32,000 bases of DNA from Fastidiosibacter lacustris (lineage in GTDB: Bacteria; Pseudomonadota; Gammaproteobacteria; Francisellales; Francisellaceae), in assembly GCF_003428155.1 (NCBI RefSeq), contig NZ_QLIR01000002.1:60001-92000 (forward strand). The letters are read 5' to 3'. Position numbers and translations under genes: made by a program. The notes under the pieces are model-generated. The model was given only the letters and a program-made list of their open reading frames with translations, was not told the DNA's origin and did not search any database. Shown here one piece after another: positions 9,319 to 18,091 of the stretch. Position 1 is the first letter of the stretch, and the number at the start of each line of letters is the position of its first letter.

Positions 9319-10545
9319 TTAAACATCTTGAGATTTTTGCTCAAACTGAGTGTATCTTTTAAATGTCTTTCGTTCTTTGTATTTCCGTGACTGTAAGCTA
9401 AGTATTGCTTTTGCTCTTAGAACATCAAATGAATATCCACGCCCATTTTTATTGATCAATTTAATCAAACCATTGATCGCCTCAGTACAGGCATTAGTAT
9501 ATTGATAGTAAAAGTAATTAAAGATTTCATCCTTCCAGTTGCTCACGGTTTTTGCCACTAACTCATAAAATACTTTAACGTTATCATCAATAAGAGTGAG
9601 CCAAGTGTCATACGCTGCTAATGCTTTTTTTCTATCTGATAACTCAAAAATACAAAAGAAAGCTTCTTTTAGAACATAAACCTGTTCTAATTGAGGGAAT
9701 TTACCAAACCAGTCATATAATATAATTTTTTCCATCTCAGATAAATCACGTTGGTGCTTCAATAATAAATAACGATCATTCTTTAATTGTTTTCTCTCTT
9801 TGTGTGATAAGGCAGACTCAATTGATTTTCTTGCTTTTTCAAGCGCCTCTTGTGCTAATTTGACGACATGAAATTTATCAATGACAACAACAGCGTGTGG
9901 TAAAAGCGCTTTCACAACACTATGGTAAGGGCGCCACATATCAATTGAGACGACAGAGATTTTATGTCTATCAGGTAAGTTACTAATGTATTTTGACAGT
10001 GTCACTTTATTGCGATCAACAAGCATATCAATAAGGCATTTTTCTTTAACGTTTGTAATCACACATCGAGCTTTTCCAATCAGATGTGCCTCATCAATAC
10101 CAAGTATTGTTGGTGTAATTGGTTTGTAGCTATTTATTTCTGGCGTTAATGATTCTTTAAATATTCTTCTTACCGTTTTCTCATCTAGACCAATTTCATC
10201 CGCAACAGATTGGAAAGTCTTATTGAACGCATTTTTATAAATATACTCGTGCAATCGATTTGTCATCAATGCTTTTTCGTGCATCTCACACGAGTGCTGA
10301 TATAAGGTAGCACCACAGTCTTTGCATTTATAGCGTCTACGCTTAAGATAAATACCAACAAACAACCCATGTAATGGAATGTCACGATAAAGTGTTGTTT
10401 TGCTGCCATTTTTAATCAGCTTACCAGTATTACAGGATTTACAGGTGGTCGGATCAATGACTATTTCAGCATTGATATGGCATGTATGATCAGCATCCTT
10501 TTTAATATTAATGACACGAATATCACTTAGTTGTAAGTTGCCCAC
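9319..10545 (-). CDS. ISL3 family transposase
   Basis: The N-terminus has a zinc-finger region (HTCHI, CKSC, YKCKDCG). The DDE_Tnp_ISL3 core is present (ILGIDEAHL, VSIDMWRPY, VIDKFHVVK). The start is a GTG at 10545, preceded by AAAAGG. Confidence 0.9.
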   Translation of the reverse strand: MGNLQLSDIRVINIKKDADHTCHINAEIVIDPTTCKSCNTGKLIKNGSKTTLYRDIPLHGLFVGIYLKRRRYKCKDCGATLYQHSCEMHEKALMTNRLHEYIYKNAFNKTFQSVADEIGLDEKTVRRIFKESLTPEINSYKPITPTILGIDEAHLIGKARCVITNVKEKCLIDMLVDRNKVTLSKYISNLPDRHKISVVSIDMWRPYHSVVKALLPHAVVVIDKFHVVKLAQEALEKARKSIESALSHKERKQLKNDRYLLLKHQRDLSEMEKIILYDWFGKFPQLEQVYVLKEAFFCIFELSDRKKALAAYDTWLTLIDDNVKVFYELVAKTVSNWKDEIFNYFYYQYTNACTEAINGLIKLINKNGRGYSFDVLRAKAILSLQSRKYKERKTFKRYTQFEQKSQDV

Positions 10546-13500
10546 TGTCTGCCTTTTCAGAATAAATCATATCTGCAATCAAAGAAGTAATTAATGCCAT
10601 TTTTTCTTTTTGTCCTAGCGCTTGCATGCTTAAATCCGTATGAGTACGTAGACTATCTACAACAGCTCTTTCTACTGATTGCGGCAAACTTCCCTCCATT
10701 GCGCGCTGTTTATCGTTAGCATGAATTTGTGCCATGGTTTTTTCATCTTTTTTCACTTTATCTTTAACACTGGTCACAAAATTGATAGCATCTTCATCAC
10801 TAAAGTCCCCCGAAAATAGCTTATTGAATTGATCGATAATTTTGCTCAAAACTTCAGTTTTCTGATCTCGTGCTTTAGCTTGACCTGGGTTAATGGCATC
10901 TATTTTGCTGCCTTTCAAGTCAATGCTTTGGGTTGCCTGTTTAGTTAGCTTGTAGTTAGTAAGTACCACATCGCCAATATCAACCTCAGGTGCTAGTTCA
11001 GTGGTATATAAATTTGGCAACAAGCCACGCGCATAACTTGAGAATTTTTCTAGTTCAATATCATTATAATCATGCACCTGAGACAAGAAGTCGTACATTC
11101 TGATAAAGGTTGATAACGATTTTTTAAACACATCTAAGTAATTTTTGGCTTCTGAGACTTCTTTTAGCTGTGAGTTTGCATTTTTGATAGCAATCTCATC
11201 ATTAGAATCCTTTGCGCGATTAAGCTCAAGTTGTGCGTGCTTGATTGCCTCAATAGTCTGTCTATAACGCCCTTTAAATCTATCTGCTGCGGGCTTAATG
11301 GCAGCACTCATTAGATTTTGAAGGTTCTTGTGCTGATAAAATACTGCCGAATAAGCATTTATTTCAAGTGTGGTAAATATACCATATTCATCAAGCTTTT
11401 CATAAAGCTCATACACTAAATTTTCATCAGTTACATCGGTGATTTCAGCCGCCTTATAGTATGGCTCAAACGCTTCTTTTATATCTTGAGCTTTATTGAC
11501 AAAATCTAAGATAAAAACATGATCTTTGCCGGTATAGGTGCGATTTAAGCGTGATAATGTCTGTACAGCATCAACACCACTTAATTTCTTATCAACATAC
11601 ATAGCGCAAAGCTTTGGTTGGTCAAAGCCTGTTTGAAATTTATTAGCAACAAGCATGACTTGGTAATCATCCGTATCAAAGGCATCACGCATATCACGCC
11701 CCTTTAATGTAGGATTCATATTGAGCTCAGTATATTCCTTTTCATCCCCTTGATAATCATCATTAACTTTACCAGAGAAAGCAACCATTGCTGCAACGTT
11801 ATCAAAAAGTGGATTACCTTTATTTTTTTCTAAAAAGCGATCAAACTCAATTTTATATCTTACCGCGGCCTTGCGTGAGGAGGTAACCACCATTGCCTTG
11901 GCTTGGTAGTTTAATAATGATTTAATTGAAGTGGCAAAGTGGTGAAGAATAATGTCAATCTTCTGTGCAATCGCATAAGGATGTAAAGTGGTATAGCGCT
12001 TAAGTTTGATTTTTGCCTGCTTGGTTTCTACTTCACGCTCGCCATCTTTTGAGATAATCTTTAACGCGGTTTCATAGGTTGTATAATCTTTCAAAACATC
12101 GAGAATAAATCCTTCTTCAATGGCTTGTTGCATCGTGTATACATGAAATGGCAATGGCGGATTGTCCTTGCTTGTGGGGTTATTTGGGTTTGCAGGTCGT
12201 CCAAACAGCTCCATCGTTTTGTGTTTTGGTGTAGCAGTGAATGCAAAAAAACTGATATTGGTTAGTTTGCCTTTACTCTCAAGAGTTGCATTTAATACAT
12301 CCTCAGCACTCATCTCATCATCAAGCATTTCAGCATTTAATACTTCCTTCATTTTTTGCGCTGTTTTGCCTGATTGAGATGAATGCGCTTCATCGGCAAT
12401 AATGGCAAAGTTTTTGTCCTTTAATGTGGTTGTTTTTTGTATCTCTTCCAACACAAAAGGGAAGGTTTGAATCGTCACAGGAATGATGGCAGCACCATCT
12501 TTTAAGGCGACAGCAAGCTGATTAGATTTGCTTTGAAAGTCCGAGTTTCTCTCAATAGGTACCACTAAGCCGTCAACTTGCTCAAATTGTTTGATCGTTT
12601 GTTGTAGCTGACTGTCCAAAACCGTGCGATCGGTAATTACAATTACGGTATCAAAGTAACGCCTGCCTTCATTACTATGCAATGATGATAATTGATGCGC
12701 AAGCCATGCAATAGAGTTAGACTTGCCACTGCCAGCACTATGCTGGATTAAATATTTCTGACCAACCTTTTCAACATGCACGACCTCTAGTAATTTCCTA
12801 ACCACATCAAGCTGATGATAACGCGGGAAAATTAACGCTTCTTTTTTCTTGATAACGCCTTCAGCCGTTGTTTTTTCTTCAACTTGAAGGTGCATGAATT
12901 TAGCTAAAATATTGAGCAAACTCTCTTTGCTTAAAACTTCCTGCCATAAATATTCAGTTGCAAAGCCCTCTGGTTTATGCGGATTGCCTTTACCGCCATT
13001 ATGACCTTTGTTGAAAGGCAAGAAAAAGGTATTTTTGCCTTCAAGCTTAGTCGTCATATACACTTCATCGGTACTCACTGCAAAATGCACCAACGCACCA
13101 CGCTTGAAAGTAAGCAATGGCTCATCTTTACGTGTCGGCTTATCTTTTGGTAAACGATCTGATTTATATTGCTCAATGGCATCTTCAACCGTTTGCGTAA
13201 AGTCGGTTTTTAACTCGATGGTCGCAACAGGGATACCATTGACAAATAACACCAAATCAATGCTATTTTTATTATTTTCAGAATAAAATACTTGCCTGAC
13301 TACGCGACAAATATTGGCATGATAATTACGTTCCAAAGTCTCATTATGTAACTGCGGTTTAAATTGGCATAGTTTTAATCTTGCTGGATGTGCTTTTATT
13401 TCATGTCGCAAATAATGCAAAGCACCTTTATCATGAATTTTTTTAGCAACAAGTTTGGTAATTTCATCATCTGCTTTATCTTTAAAGCGTAGTTGATATT

Positions 13501-13672
13501 TCTCATAGGCTTCAGATTGTGTCATTTTAATATAATCGAGTAAATCCTCTGTGTATAACGCCAAAGATTTATCATAACGACTTGAAACACCTTCAACCCA
13601 GCCGCATTCGGGTATGCACATATCTAAAACAACTTGCTGTTCCATTTTTTTCTCGTGATGTTTTGTACTCAT
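10523..13672 (-). CDS. hsdR: type I restriction endonuclease subunit R (HsdR)
   Basis: The N-terminal PD-(D/E)xK nuclease block is IDLVLFVNGIPVATIELK. SF2 helicase motifs are present: QHSAGSGKS, IADEAHSSQ, FTATP and QTLSRLNRT. At 1049 aa it looks full length. Its start overlaps the upstream stop (ATGA). Confidence 0.93.
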   Translation of the reverse strand: MSTKHHEKKMEQQVVLDMCIPECGWVEGVSSRYDKSLALYTEDLLDYIKMTQSEAYEKYQLRFKDKADDEITKLVAKKIHDKGALHYLRHEIKAHPARLKLCQFKPQLHNETLERNYHANICRVVRQVFYSENNKNSIDLVLFVNGIPVATIELKTDFTQTVEDAIEQYKSDRLPKDKPTRKDEPLLTFKRGALVHFAVSTDEVYMTTKLEGKNTFFLPFNKGHNGGKGNPHKPEGFATEYLWQEVLSKESLLNILAKFMHLQVEEKTTAEGVIKKKEALIFPRYHQLDVVRKLLEVVHVEKVGQKYLIQHSAGSGKSNSIAWLAHQLSSLHSNEGRRYFDTVIVITDRTVLDSQLQQTIKQFEQVDGLVVPIERNSDFQSKSNQLAVALKDGAAIIPVTIQTFPFVLEEIQKTTTLKDKNFAIIADEAHSSQSGKTAQKMKEVLNAEMLDDEMSAEDVLNATLESKGKLTNISFFAFTATPKHKTMELFGRPANPNNPTSKDNPPLPFHVYTMQQAIEEGFILDVLKDYTTYETALKIISKDGEREVETKQAKIKLKRYTTLHPYAIAQKIDIILHHFATSIKSLLNYQAKAMVVTSSRKAAVRYKIEFDRFLEKNKGNPLFDNVAAMVAFSGKVNDDYQGDEKEYTELNMNPTLKGRDMRDAFDTDDYQVMLVANKFQTGFDQPKLCAMYVDKKLSGVDAVQTLSRLNRTYTGKDHVFILDFVNKAQDIKEAFEPYYKAAEITDVTDENLVYELYEKLDEYGIFTTLEINAYSAVFYQHKNLQNLMSAAIKPAADRFKGRYRQTIEAIKHAQLELNRAKDSNDEIAIKNANSQLKEVSEAKNYLDVFKKSLSTFIRMYDFLSQVHDYNDIELEKFSSYARGLLPNLYTTELAPEVDIGDVVLTNYKLTKQATQSIDLKGSKIDAINPGQAKARDQKTEVLSKIIDQFNKLFSGDFSDEDAINFVTSVKDKVKKDEKTMAQIHANDKQRAMEGSLPQSVERAVVDSLRTHTDLSMQALGQKEKMALITSLIADMIYSEKADSGQLTTK

Positions 13673-14130
13673 TTCTTGCCTCTTCCCTTTGGTAATTGAT
13701 CAATGACCTTATCAAAATCACTTAACCGCTGATCGTTATGCTTTATCTCATTGGCATGAAATGTATCATAAGCTTGCTCTGCTAATTGATTAGTTGCCCA
13801 TTGGCGGAATCTTGTTGCAACATGAGATCTAACCCGATATCCCACTGAGATGATCATATCCAAATTATAATAATCAACAGCCCTATTTACTTGTCTCTCA
13901 CCCTCAAATTGAACTGTTCGGAAATTCCGAACAGTTGAAATTTGTTCAAGCTCATCTTCTTCATAGATATGTTTAATGTGTTCACTAATAGTTGATTTTG
14001 CAACTTGAAATAACTCAGCCATGCTTTTTTGAGTAAGCCAAACGGTCTCATCTTGCAAGCGCACTTCTATTTTGGTTTTACCTGATTCAGTCTGATAGAT
14101 AATAAATTGAGATTGATTTTCAATCGACAT
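13669..14130 (-). CDS. RhuM-family protein, short form (N-terminal HTH region only)
   Basis: IIYQTESGKTKIEVRLQDETVWLTQKSMAELF...TISEHIKHIY...YYNLDMIISVGYRVRSHVATRFRQWAT matches the conserved N-terminal part of RhuM virulence-family proteins. I chose the ATG at 14130 because it overlaps the hsdS stop as TGATG. The ORF track's GTG at 14139 is the alternative. Confidence 0.7.
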   Translation of the reverse strand: MSIENQSQFIIYQTESGKTKIEVRLQDETVWLTQKSMAELFQVAKSTISEHIKHIYEEDELEQISTVRNFRTVQFEGERQVNRAVDYYNLDMIISVGYRVRSHVATRFRQWATNQLAEQAYDTFHANEIKHNDQRLSDFDKVIDQLPKGRGKK

Positions 14131-15386
14131 CAAATGCACTCCCTTACGTCAACTTTGCCTGTGACCACAGCGGTGATTAAGGCAGTACGTTTTTCTTTTA
14201 GTAGCTCAATTGCCTGTTCAGCTTTGGTAATGGTTTGGTCTATTTTAGCGGTTTGTTGGTCTAGATAATTGGCTATGGCGGTTTGTTCTTGAAGTGAAGG
14301 TAAACCTATAGTTATGTTATTTAAATCCTCCTGCGTCATACTAGGAAGGGCAGTACTGGTAGAATAGAAATCAAAATTTATTACCGTAGATCTATAGAAG
14401 ATAAATTTAGGGTTACGGTTTGCTTCGATAATTGAATAAAACATTGTATCTACTGTCCAGAACTTACCATTAATTAATAAAGGTTTATCAATTGTACCTT
14501 TTCTTCCAAATAAAATAGAAACTCCTTCATACAGATAATTAGATGCTCTTGCAAATTCACCTCCTGAACCCATTACAGGGTATCCTCCTGTATCTGTTTG
14601 TATGTTTTTATAGTCTTGACCATTTTTTATCTTTAAAGAATATTTCATTTTTTGAACAACCCAATGCTCAGGCACCTCCCCCAACCACTCAACCCCACTA
14701 TTTTTCATTTTAACCGTTGGATCTAAGCCTTTGGTCACACAATGGGTAATTAAAGCTGTGCGTTTTTCTTTGGAAAGTGCAATTAGCTTTTGATAGTGCT
14801 CAATAAGCTTATCTATTTTTGTGGTTTGTTGGTCTAGGTAGTTGGCGATGGTGGTTTGTTCTTGGCGTGGTGGCAATAATCCAAAAAGGTAGCACAGCCT
14901 TTCAGCTTTAATCCCAAGGGCAGTTGACCCAGATGCATACAAATATAGGCTAACTTGAAATGAATATGACATTATGAAATATTTAAGAAAATAGTTACAA
15001 AGTTGATTTGAACGCCCTCTGAACTTAATAATTCGTTGCGCTAATGCAATTTCTTCATTGTCAATATTTGCAACTTCACCCAATGGTGCTTCTGTAGTAA
15101 AAACCACATCACTAATCTGAGGAAGACCTCTAGACATAACCTCTGAATAATCGTTAGCAGTAATATATTCTTGTGAAAGTGTATAATCAATTTTACCTTT
15201 TTTAATATTCCTTGCTGTAACTAGGAAAATTCCTTCAGTATGCTTTTCAGGGGTCTTACCTCTATAATCAACTATTGATTCCATCATTTTCTTGAATCCA
15301 ATAACCACCCAACCCTCAGGCACTTCCCCCAACCACTCAACACCACTCTCTTTATATTTTGGATAAGGCTTCAGTTTACCACTCAC
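14130..15386 (-). CDS. hsdS: type I restriction-modification specificity subunit (HsdS), two target-recognition domains
   Basis: The architecture is duplicated. GVEWLGEVPEGWVV and GVEWLGEVPEHWVV open the two TRDs. Two conserved helical spacers are present (EQTTIANYLDQQTTKIDKLI...KEKRTALIT and EQTAIANYLDQQTAKIDQTI...KEKRTALIT). The GTG start overlaps the upstream stop (GTGA). Confidence 0.9.
   Translation of the reverse strand: MSGKLKPYPKYKESGVEWLGEVPEGWVVIGFKKMMESIVDYRGKTPEKHTEGIFLVTARNIKKGKIDYTLSQEYITANDYSEVMSRGLPQISDVVFTTEAPLGEVANIDNEEIALAQRIIKFRGRSNQLCNYFLKYFIMSYSFQVSLYLYASGSTALGIKAERLCYLFGLLPPRQEQTTIANYLDQQTTKIDKLIEHYQKLIALSKEKRTALITHCVTKGLDPTVKMKNSGVEWLGEVPEHWVVQKMKYSLKIKNGQDYKNIQTDTGGYPVMGSGGEFARASNYLYEGVSILFGRKGTIDKPLLINGKFWTVDTMFYSIIEANRNPKFIFYRSTVINFDFYSTSTALPSMTQEDLNNITIGLPSLQEQTAIANYLDQQTAKIDQTITKAEQAIELLKEKRTALITAVVTGKVDVRECI
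14239..14291. repeat. intragenic direct repeat in hsdS (C-terminal conserved spacer), copy 1
   Basis: This 53-nt segment matches 14822..14874 at 47/53 positions in direct orientation. Confidence 0.85.
14822..14874. repeat. intragenic direct repeat in hsdS (central conserved spacer), copy 2
   Basis: This 53-nt segment matches 14239..14291 at 47/53 positions. A second repeat pair lies at 14667..14699 and 15315..15347 (31/33). Confidence 0.85.
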
Positions 15387-15991
15387 TGCTTGTCTCCTTG
15401 CGGAAAGGGAATCACATTATCAATACCAGCGACATTTTCGCCCTCATTAATGCAATCGCCATCAAGATACGACTGCCAAAGCGCAATTGGTTTAGTGTAC
15501 TCTTTTTTAGTATGTGGGTTGGTGATTAAGGCACTTTGCCAGTAATCCATTGTTTTATTACAAACTATTTGACTCACTTCACCATGGCGGAAACATTCAA
15601 ACTCTAGGATTTGTTTAAATTGATTGAGATGTGTCGTCACACTGCGATTATCCGTTTTACAAAAATCAAGCTGCTTTAACTGTGGCTCAAAATAATCACG
15701 AATCTGGCAACCGTAGTCTTCAAACCTTGGAATTTCAAGCTCATTAATCGCCCATTCGATCATTGCTGGCAGCGAATCAAAGAGATATTTTGCACCACCT
15801 ATTTCAAACAATGGGATAGCTAATGTGACTCGCGTGTTAACGTGCATAAACACGGCAACATCTTTGCGTTGGATTTTTAACAAATCAACTGCCCAATCAT
15901 CATAAAAAGGTAAAGACTGCTCTTTTGATTGTGGCAAGTCCATTATTTTAAGCCTGCTTGCCATTTTAGCCGTTAATCTAAATTGGGCCAT
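15383..15991 (-). CDS. uncharacterised 202-aa protein embedded between hsdM and hsdS
   Basis: The ORF is clean, with AAGGGA 8 nt before the ATG at 15991. Its stop overlaps the hsdS start. It has no signal peptide or TM segment. The N-terminal pattern (RLTAKMASRLKI...DDWAVDLLKIQRKDVAVFMHVNT) faintly recalls DUF6933-type proteins, but that is from memory and unverified. Confidence 0.6.
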   Translation of the reverse strand: MAQFRLTAKMASRLKIMDLPQSKEQSLPFYDDWAVDLLKIQRKDVAVFMHVNTRVTLAIPLFEIGGAKYLFDSLPAMIEWAINELEIPRFEDYGCQIRDYFEPQLKQLDFCKTDNRSVTTHLNQFKQILEFECFRHGEVSQIVCNKTMDYWQSALITNPHTKKEYTKPIALWQSYLDGDCINEGENVAGIDNVIPFPQGDKQ

Positions 15992-16014
15992 TTATGTTTC
16001 CCTTAAAACGCAAA

Positions 16015-16052
16015 AGCCGCTAAAGTGTGCGTGAATCAGAGGCATAGCGGCT
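16015..16052 (-). terminator. possible intra-operon attenuator hairpin between hsdM and downstream genes
   Basis: On the minus-strand RNA, AGCCGCTA (22-nt loop) TAGCGGCT is followed by TTTGCGTTTT. It sits in the only sizeable gap (107 nt) in the operon. The large loop makes it a weak candidate. Confidence 0.25.
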
Positions 16053-16098
16053 ATGTTGCCCCTAAGTATATTCGCAAGGATCCGAAAATGCAAGCACC

Positions 16099-18060
16099 TC
16101 ATGAATGCACCTCGCCCAAAAGCGCTAATATCTCTTTGGTAACTGCATCTAATTCTGCGTCAATTTCTGCTAACGCGCGTGGTGGTTTATACTCGTAAAA
16201 GTAACGATTAAATGGGATCTCATAACCAACAATACCAATGTTACCATCCTTCTCATCGCGTTTACTCTCATCAATCCAGGAATCTGCTACATGCGGTTTG
16301 ACTTCCTTTTCAAAGTAATCATAGATATCCTGTTGTAATGGGATATTTTCATAATCTCTTAAGTCAGTATTTGGCTCGGGGTTGCCTTTGCTATCAACAC
16401 AGATTTCAGCATTATCATTGGTTTGAGAGAAATGTTTTTGCAGTAATTTAAATTGTGCTGCGGTCAGCTTGACATTTAGGTCTTTTATAAATTGATCTCG
16501 CGATAAGTACTCTTCTTTTTTGCAACTTGTTAAGGCATTCAATATTTCCTGTTGTTGTTCATCTTTAAGCTTCAAAAACGCGTTATCCTCTTTAAGCGCA
16601 TTGATGTTGTTCTCGTCTTTTGGGTAAAAGGCAAGCTTTAATGGTCGCTCAATGGTTACCCGTCTAAAACCAAACTCAGTATAATCAAATAACTTACTTG
16701 TCTTAGTTTGTTCAAAGTTGCCATACGCTTGAACAATGTCAGCAATAACATCTTCATCTAAGTATTTACGTTTAGATCCCAATGACTTGCGCATGGGGCT
16801 ACCTTTATCTGCAGCATTAATTAGTTGCACTTTACCTTTGCGCTCAGGTGATTTTTTATTGCTTAACATCCAGATATAAGTAGAGATACCCGTATTAAAA
16901 AACATATCCGTAGGTAAAGCAATGATGGCTTCCAACAAGTCATTTTCAAGCACATAACGCCTGATTTCAGACTCCCCTGAACCAGCGCCACCTGTAAATA
17001 AGGGTGAGCCATTAAGAATAATCCCAATGCGACTGCCACCTTCTTGTGAAGGACGCATTTTTGAAATAAGGTGCATTAAGAACAATAACGAACCGTCACT
17101 CACTCGTGGTAATCCAGCGCCAAAACGCCCGTTATAGCCTTGGATCTTATGTTCATCTTTTACTGCCTTTTCAACCTTTTTCCATTCCACACCAAATGGT
17201 GGATTAGATAGCATATAATCAAATTTTTTAGACGTAAGTTGATCGTCACTTAAGGTGTTGCCAAATTTAATATTGTCCGCATCTTCGCCTTTGATTAAAA
17301 TATCTGCCTTACAAATGGCAAAGGACTCAGGATTCAACTCCTGTCCATAAGTTTTTAAATGGGCATTGGGATTAAGCTCCGCAATATATTCACTGGCTGA
17401 TGTTAGAAAACCGCCTGTGCCAACTGTAGGATCATAGATTGAGCGTACCACGCCTTGATCAGTTAACATCGCATTATCTGCACTGAAAATTAATGAAGTA
17501 GCTAAACGTACAATGTCTCGTGGTGTAAAATGCTCCCCTGCGGTCTCGTTAGACTCCTCGGCAAACTTGCGAATCAACTCCTCAAATAAGTTACCCATTT
17601 CATAATTTGAAACCGCTTCAGGACTTAAATCGCAATCTTCTTTTGTAAAACGCTCGATGATCTTATACAGCAAGTTTGCTTCATCTAGGTAATGTATTTG
17701 ATCTATAAACTTAAATCGATTAAAAATATCTTTGATATTGTCACTAAACGAATCAAGGTAGGTAATAAGGTTTGCTCTTAAGTTATCAGAGTCAGCCTTT
17801 AATTTAGCTAATGTATATTCCGATGTGTTATAAAACGTGTTTTGCGACTTAGCAGTTAAAATGGCATTTAGCGGAATGCCTAAATCTTTGCGTTTGTTGT
17901 ATTCATCGACAACATCTTGCCTTGTCGGCGCAAGAACTGCCTCAACACGCGCTAAAACCGTAAAGGGCAAAATCACCTTACCAAAATCAGAGCGTTTATA
18001 ATCACCGCGCAATAAATCTGCAATTGACCATATCAATGAGGATAAGTTTTTTGTGTTCAT
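16099..18060 (-). CDS. hsdM: type I restriction-modification DNA methyltransferase subunit (HsdM), long form
   Basis: An HsdM_N-like N-terminus (IWSIADLLRGDYK) is present. The AdoMet site is IYDPTVGTGGFL and the catalytic N6-adenine motif is LSNPPFGVEW. A ~200-aa C-terminal extension ends with the GYEIPFNRYFYEYKPPR block seen in long HsdM proteins. Confidence 0.93.
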   Translation of the reverse strand: MNTKNLSSLIWSIADLLRGDYKRSDFGKVILPFTVLARVEAVLAPTRQDVVDEYNKRKDLGIPLNAILTAKSQNTFYNTSEYTLAKLKADSDNLRANLITYLDSFSDNIKDIFNRFKFIDQIHYLDEANLLYKIIERFTKEDCDLSPEAVSNYEMGNLFEELIRKFAEESNETAGEHFTPRDIVRLATSLIFSADNAMLTDQGVVRSIYDPTVGTGGFLTSASEYIAELNPNAHLKTYGQELNPESFAICKADILIKGEDADNIKFGNTLSDDQLTSKKFDYMLSNPPFGVEWKKVEKAVKDEHKIQGYNGRFGAGLPRVSDGSLLFLMHLISKMRPSQEGGSRIGIILNGSPLFTGGAGSGESEIRRYVLENDLLEAIIALPTDMFFNTGISTYIWMLSNKKSPERKGKVQLINAADKGSPMRKSLGSKRKYLDEDVIADIVQAYGNFEQTKTSKLFDYTEFGFRRVTIERPLKLAFYPKDENNINALKEDNAFLKLKDEQQQEILNALTSCKKEEYLSRDQFIKDLNVKLTAAQFKLLQKHFSQTNDNAEICVDSKGNPEPNTDLRDYENIPLQQDIYDYFEKEVKPHVADSWIDESKRDEKDGNIGIVGYEIPFNRYFYEYKPPRALAEIDAELDAVTKEILALLGEVHS

Positions 18061-18091
18061 TTTGTATTATCTAAAATCTTGAATAATCGTG

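Noticed and set aside
12162-13286. Plus-strand ORFs 12162..12377 and 13008..13286 inside hsdR.
   Set aside because: They are antisense to helicase and nuclease motifs of HsdR, and are short with no signals. I treat them as spurious.
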